DNA of 64,000 nucleotides, from positions 812,758,001 through 812,822,000 of the forward strand of contig NC_091283.1 in the NCBI RefSeq assembly GCF_032444005.1, written 5' to 3'. Numbering within the stretch: the first letter of the stretch is position 1; every line of letters starts with the position of its first letter. This stretch comes from Ranitomeya imitator (Eukaryota). The notes beneath the pieces were generated by a model. The model was not told where the DNA came from. It saw only the letters and a list, made by a program, of their open reading frames with translations, and did not search any database. Both the position numbers and the translations under genes were made by a program. Of this stretch, positions 58,169 through 64,000 are shown one piece after another.

Positions 58169-59320
58169 CAAACACAGCTCTGCTGCATGCACATCAGCCA
58201 AACACCGCTCTGCTGCATGCACATCAGCCAAACACCGCTCTGCTGCATGCACATCAGCCAAACACCGCTCTGCTGCATGCATATCAGCCAAACACAGCTC
58301 TGCTGCATGCACATCAGCTATACACAGCTCTGCTGCATGCACATCAGCCAAACAGCTCTGCTGCATGCACATCAGTCAAACACAGCTCTGCTGCATGCAC
58401 ATCAGCCAAACACAGCTCTGCTGCATGCACATCAGCCAAACACCGCTCTGCTGCATGCACATCAGCCAAACACCGCTCTGCTGCATGCATATCAGCCAAA
58501 CACAGCTCTGCTGCATGCACATCAGCTATACACAGCTCTGCTGCATGCACATCAGCCAAACAGCTCTGCTGCATGCACATCAGTCAAACACAGCTCTGCT
58601 GCATGCACATCAGCCAAACAGCTCTGCTGCATGCATATCAGCCAAACACAGCTCTGCTGCATGCACATCAGCTATACACCGCTCTGCTGCATGCACATCA
58701 GCCAAACAGCTCTGCTGCATGCACATCAGTCAAACACAGCTCTGCTGCATGCACATCAGCCAAACAGCTCTGCTGCATGCATATCAGCCAAACACAGCTC
58801 TGCTGCATGCACATCAGCCAAACAGCTCTGCTGCATGCACATCAGCCAAACACAGCTCTGCTGCATGCATATCAGCCAAACACAGCTCTGCTGCATGCAT
58901 ATCAGCCAAACACAGCTCTGCTGCATGCACATCAGCCAAACACAGCTCTGCTGCATGCATATCAGCCAAACACAGCTCTGCTGCATGCACATCAGCCAAA
59001 CAGCTCTGCTGCATGCACATCAGCCAAACACAGCTCTGCTGCATGCACATCAGCCAAACACAGCTCTGCTGCATGCACATCAGCTATACACAGCTCTGCT
59101 GCATGCACATCAGCCAAACACAGCTCTGCTGCATGCATATCAGCCAAACACAGCTCTGCTGCATGCACATCAGCTATACACAGCTCTGCTGCATGCACAT
59201 CAGCCAAACACAGCTCTGCTGCATGCACATCAGCTATACACAGCTCTGCTGCATGCACATCAGCCAAACACAGCTCTGCTGCATGCACATCAGCCAAACA
59301 CAGCTCTGCTGCATGCACAT
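58169..59320. repeat. 30-bp (28-bp variant) minisatellite (CAGCCAAACACAGCTCTGCTGCATGCACAT), about 39 copies
   Basis: Direct reading; one more unit at about 59477-59515. Confidence 0.96.
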
Positions 59321-59478
59321 TTTATTATTATTCATTTTTATAGCGCCATTTATTCCATGGCGCTTTACATGTGAACAGGGCAACTATAGACAAGTACAAT
59401 AAACATGAGTAAAACAAGGCACACACAAGTACAGGAGGAGAGAGGACCCTGCCCGTGAGGGCTCACAGTCTGCAGGAC
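59321..59478 (-). mobile_element. 3' tail fragment of an L2/CR1-related LINE or SINE
   Basis: Minus strand ends TGTAAAGCGCCATGGAATAAATGGCGCTATAAAAATGAATAATAATAAA (stem-loop plus AAT tail); similar tails near 27445-27535, 32222-32270 and 37695-37760. Confidence 0.55.
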
Positions 59479-59636
59479 ATCAGCCAAACACAGCTTTGCT
59501 GCATGCACATCAGATATACACATCTCCACTGCAGGAACACAACCTTCCTGCCCCTGTAGATATACTATGTATACACACTACTACTGCAGTACTACTGTAC
59601 TGACTGAGCACCTGACTCCTCCCCCACATGTGACTG

Positions 59637-59656
59637 GTCACGTGGAGATGACGTCA
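59637..59656 (+). promoter_or_regulatory. E-box (GTCACGTGG) and CRE (TGACGTCA) upstream of EEF1AKMT2
   Basis: Exact motifs at 59637-59645 and 59649-59656, 60-80 bp before the likely ATG. Confidence 0.55.
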
Positions 59657-59713
59657 CCAGCGTGCACCCAGCCGGCTCCAGCTCCAGTCCACACTCCACA
59701 TTGCTGCACAGAG

Positions 59714-59754
59714 ATGGAGGATTTCTCGCCTTCAGCTCTGGGAACTAAAGAGCA
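59714..59754 (+). CDS. EEF1AKMT2: EEF1AKMT2 coding exon 1 (MEDFSPSALGTKE); an in-frame ATG at 59648 is an alternative start
   Basis: GAGATGG context; donor CA|GTGAGT. Confidence 0.85.
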
Positions 59755-62700
59755 GTGAGTACAGGCGGAGCCACAGGGGGGCGCCATACTGGTACCCGGT
59801 TTGCATTGACAGCACACGGGAGACAGCAGGAGTCGTAGGAAGTTCTTATGCTGAAGAACAGTGCTGGATGGCCGCGGAGACACCACAACTCCCAGCATAA
59901 CTGCGGAGACACCACAACTCCCAGCCTGGCCGCGGAGACACCACAACTCCCAGCATAACTGCAGAGACACCACAACTCCCAGCCTGGCCGCGGAGACACC
60001 ACAACTCCCAGCATAACTGCAGAGACACCACAACTCCCAGCCTGGCCGCGGAGACACCACAACTCCCAGCATAACTGCAGAGACACCACAACTCCCAGCC
60101 TGGCCACGGAGACACCACAACTCCCAGCATAACTGCAGAGACACCACAACTCCCAGCCTGGCCACGGAGACACCACAACTCCCAGCATAACTGCAGAGAC
60201 ACCACCCCTCCCAGTCTGGCCGCAGAGACCCCACAACTCCCAGCCTGGCCGCGGAGACACCACAACTCCCAGTCTGGCCACGGAGACACCACACCTCCCA
60301 GCCTGACCACGGAGATATCCCAACTTCCAGCCTGGCCGCGGAGACACCACAACTCCCAGCCTGGCCGCGGAGACACCACAACTTCCAGCCTGGCCGCGGA
60401 GACACCACAACTCCCAGCCTGGCCGCGGAGACGCCCCAACTCCTAGCCTGGCCGCAGAGACACCACAACTCCCAGTCTGGCCACGGAGACGCCACAACTC
60501 CCTGCATGGCCACGGAGATATCCCACCTCCCAGCCTGGCCACGGAGACACCACACCTCCCAGCCTGGCCACCGAGACACCACAACTCCTAGTCTGGCCAC
60601 GGAGACACCACACCTCCCAGCCTGGCCGCGGAGACACCACACCTGCCAGCCTGGCCGCGGAGACACCACAACTCCCAGCCTCGCCGCGGAGACACCACAC
60701 CTGCCAGCCTGGCCGCGGAGACACCACAACTCCCAGCATAACTGCAGAGACACCACAACTCCCAGCCTGGCCACGGAGACACCACAACTCCCAGCCTGGC
60801 CACGGAGACACCCCAACTCCCAGCCTGGCCGCGGAAACACCCCAACTCCCAGCCTGGCCGTGGAGACACCACAACTCCCAGCCTGGCCGCGGAGACACCA
60901 CAACTCCCAGTCTGGCCACGGAGATATCCCAACTCCCAGCCTGGCCACGGAGACACCACACCTCCCAGCCTGGCTGCTTATACACCACACCTCCCAGCAT
61001 AACTGCGGAGACAGTACAATTCCCAGCCTGGCCACAGAGACACTACAACTCCCAGCATAACTGTAGAGACACCACAACTCCCAGGCTGGCCGCGGAGATG
61101 CCAAAACTCCCAGCCTGGCTGCTTATACACCACACCTCCCAGCATATATGCAGAGACACCACACCTCCCAGCATAACTGTAGAGACACCACACCTCCCAG
61201 CATATATGCAGAGACACCACATCTCCCAGCATAACTGCAGAGACACCACATCTCCCAGCCTGGGCGTGGAGATACCACAACTCCCAGCCTGGCCACAGAG
61301 ACAGCACAACTCCCAGTTTGGCCGTGGAGATACTACAACTCCCAGCATGGCTCCTTATACACCACACCTCCCAGCATAACTGCGGACACTGCACAACTCC
61401 CAGCATATCATATGTTGGGGCATCCTTGGACTTGTAGTGTCAGATTTGCTGGCGCCTCAGCATATATTCCGGACATCTCAGCATGACACCTATATCCCAT
61501 AGTGATGGTATACGGCTTGGATACAGTCTGTATGTGCTCAGTGCGGTACCGGAGACTCAGCTCTTTCTTCTGTGCTCCTCTCTAGTTGGGACGCCATGTA
61601 CCGCCGCGAACTGAAGACCTTCCAGGACTTCGGCGATGAAGGTGAGATCTGGTGAGTGGCGTCATGATGGAGCCGTCCTCGGTACAGTCCTCATTCACAT
61701 GAACCAAAATACGAGTCCGGAACACTGCCCACACCACAACCTGGGATAACGCTCTACTCCCCCCTGAGGGGCACAAATGAGGCGATATTTTATCAGTGGT
61801 GTAAATGCAACTTTAAGGTGCCTGGCTTAGAGGAGTTGTCCGGTATAAATAAGTATCCACATGATTTTTGATAATTTACTGATCGGTGGTGGTCCGACCC
61901 CTGAGACCTGCACCGATCGGCAGAACAGGGAATTTTTATTCCTGATGTAGAACTTTTATCGTGTGCACATACCCCTAAATATAATCGGACCATCCGCTCC
62001 CTGTGAGCCTCATTTATCCCCTCAGAACAGTGATGCAGTGCACGGAACCATTGTCGCCATCCTTCTGTATCTCCGCACTGCACCCTGTGCTGCCGCGCAC
62101 CGGTGTACTCGGCGAGCGTCCTCGCTACCTGCAGCACAGCCATAGGATTTCCCCCTTAATCTATGCTACTAGAAAGGAATGCTTTATAATATGCATCAGT
62201 ATGGACTTTATATGGTATTATGAGTTCTTAAAGGGGTGGCCACCTTTTGGTGACAGTATTTGTTTTAATTCAACCGTTTGGCTTTTACAGACTTTGTGTC
62301 CCTGCACATTCAGCTTGTATGTGGTCTGAGAGGAGTCCGGACTTACTAACTCCCTGTCGGACCTTCGGAGCTCGCTTACTGATGGATTCTCATTTATCTC
62401 ATTCTGCAGCCAGCAATAAAGTATAGGCTATAGCACGCAAACCGCACAAAATGTTTAATGAAATGTGATTGTAAAACATGTTGAAATCTGTTAAATCTGC
62501 CTATTTCACCAGGTTTGGAGAAGGTAGTATGACCCGGGTTGTGCGATGGATGACTTCACAGAATGTGCCACCGACAACGTCAATAGTGGACATTGGCACA
62601 GGGAATGGCATGCTACTGGTGGAACTGGTGAGTGGTAGGACATGTATTAATTGGGAATAAACGGAATAATGATGAACTCTGCATCGATCAGATATTTGCT

Positions 62701-63967
62701 GTATAATTATGATTGTTGTACAGGCAAAGTCAGGCTACAGCAATCTCACGGGTATCGACTACTGTTCAGATGCAATAGAACTCGCAAGAAACATATGTGA
62801 AAAGGAAGGATTGTCTCACAGTATAAACCTACAGGTGAGAGATTGGAGAACTGATACATAACCTGCACCAGGAATGACATTTCCCTGTGCTCATGAATCC
62901 TCGTGCAGCATCGGAATGAAAAACTCAGATATAAAACTTCATGTAGTGCTGGCGTGGTTGCTCCGATCTCGAGCCTGTACCTTGCTCCCGTCTCTCAGGT
63001 TAACAGCTAAGTTGTGATATCACCGTGTGAAAGGCCCTGGAGGGACTGTAGTGAAGCTTCAGTGTTTGCAGAGCTTAGTTTCAGTTGCGCACCTCTGCCC
63101 GAGCTGGAACTTTTTACAATCCAGTTTCGTCACTAAAGTTCGCTCCCAAATAAGAATCTCCAGTGATGAGCATTAAAGGGGTAATCTGGTGAAAAATATT
63201 AACACCTACTGATTGGTCAGCTTCCGACCGTTGGGATCTGTGCTGAGCGGCAAAACGGGGAACTTTTATCCCCATTATGGAGTAGAGTTGTAGGTCAGAC
63301 GCCCGATCGGTGCGGCGTTCATTCTCCATAGGTCTGCTGGAAAAAGCCAAAAAGTGAGGTCGAGCAGGCGCACTGCTGCTCCATTCTCACGGGGATAAAC
63401 GTTCCCTCCCGTTCTGGGAACTGGTGTTGCTTCCATCAATTGGAAACTCGCCGATCATCAAGTTATCACTTATCCTGAGAATAGCTGATACTTCTCACCG
63501 CACAACCCCAGCTGCAAGTGTTCAGTTCCCCGTAGTGTTACATAGTGATCAATCGGACAAATGGCGATACTTGTGATACAAGGACAGTTTGAGTCCACCT
63601 GTTCCCCATTCTGGCTATTGGAGGGGTCTCGAGCAGAAATCCCCCCCTTCATTGATGTCCATATGTTCTAAACCTTTAGGTTTTGACTTTTGGAAGCCTC
63701 CGGTCCCATTGTTTGCTTGTCCTGGTGTGTCTCCTGATGTCTAGTTTTAGGTTGCAGATTTCCTGGATTCCTTCAGTCCTCCAGAGCAGTACGACATCGG
63801 TCTGGATAAGGGCACCTTCGATGCAGTGAGTCTGGATCCCAGTGTTTCAGAAGTAAAACGCAGACAGTATATCCAGTCACTATGCAGAACATTAAAACCA
63901 AATGGCCGTTTCATCATAACGTCCTGCAACTGGACCAAAGATGAACTGCTCCAGCAGTTTGGAAACG
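59714..63967 (+). CDS. EEF1AKMT2: EEF1A lysine methyltransferase 2 (METTL10), partial, join(59714..59754,61586..61651,62513..62627,62724..62834,63751..63967), continues beyond window
   Basis: PSALGTKEHWD N-terminal motif, GEIWFGE, DIGTGNG SAM-binding motif I, GIDY, DKGTFDA and ITSCNWT; GT-AG introns with consistent phases. Confidence 0.95.
59869..61407. repeat. 29-bp minisatellite (GCGGAGACACCACAACTCCCAGCCTGGCC / ..CCCAGCATAACT), about 53 copies, EEF1AKMT2 intron 1
   Basis: Period 29 (units at 59881 and 59910); two alternating unit types. Confidence 0.96.
61586..61651 (+). CDS. EEF1AKMT2: EEF1AKMT2 exon 2
   Basis: WDAMYRRELKTFQDFGDEGEIW; TAG acceptor, TG|GTGAGT donor. Confidence 0.94.
62513..62627 (+). 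CDS. EEF1AKMT2: EEF1AKMT2 exon 3
   Basis: FGEGSMTRVVRW..DIGTGNGMLLVEL. Confidence 0.95.
62724..62834 (+). CDS. EEF1AKMT2: EEF1AKMT2 exon 4
   Basis: AKSGYSNLTGIDYCSDAIELARNICEKEGLSHSINLQ. Confidence 0.94.
63751..63967 (+). CDS. EEF1AKMT2: EEF1AKMT2 exon 5
   Basis: VADFL..DKGTFDAVSL..ITSCNWTKDELLQQFGN; donor G|GTAAGT. Confidence 0.95.
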
Positions 63968-64000
63968 GTAAGTACCGCGCATCAGGTGCCACGTGTTCTC

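Noticed and set aside
59567-59713. Longer N-terminus for EEF1AKMT2 from ATG 59567 or 59648
   Set aside because: The extension overlaps E-box and CRE promoter motifs and has no similarity I recognise; ATG 59714 has the best context, though 59648 cannot be excluded without TSS data.
58107-61406. Numerous long ORFs on both strands around EEF1AKMT2 exon 1
   Set aside because: Translations of the 30-bp and 29-bp arrays.

Overview
Vertebrate genomic DNA, most likely an anuran (inferred from the style of its repeat families, not from a database search). There are no prokaryotic features. Three host genes can be reconstructed exon by exon: an NK1-class homeobox gene (NKX1-2, minus strand, 2 exons, about 230 aa), a complete LHPP (plus strand, 7 exons, 270 aa) and EEF1AKMT2/METTL10 exons 1-5 (plus strand, running off the window). 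A CpG-rich leftward-facing promoter at about 0.7-1.07 kb may belong to OAT by synteny. About a quarter of the window is tandem repeat (12, 17, 29, 29, 30, 31, 37, 45 and 71 bp units plus telomere-like hexamers), and these repeats explain nearly all long ORFs in the supplied track. Mobile elements include a very young full-length chromodomain Ty3/gypsy element (742-bp LTRs, 4 differences) nested in a solo LTR that is itself inserted in the 12-bp satellite, three more solo LTRs, a frameshifted IR/DR Tc1 transposon, two non-autonomous Helitrons, a left-truncated piggyBac-like element and many MITEs. Most notable: the gypsy element carries a self-priming (tRNA-independent) signature, a 6-bp target duplication and a single in-frame stop; EEF1AKMT2 is inverted relative to the human locus with FAM53B absent from the interval; a roughly 50-copy array of ZNF143/THAP11-like motifs lies just inside EEF1AKMT2; and the NKX1-2 stop codon is itself tandemly amplified seven times.
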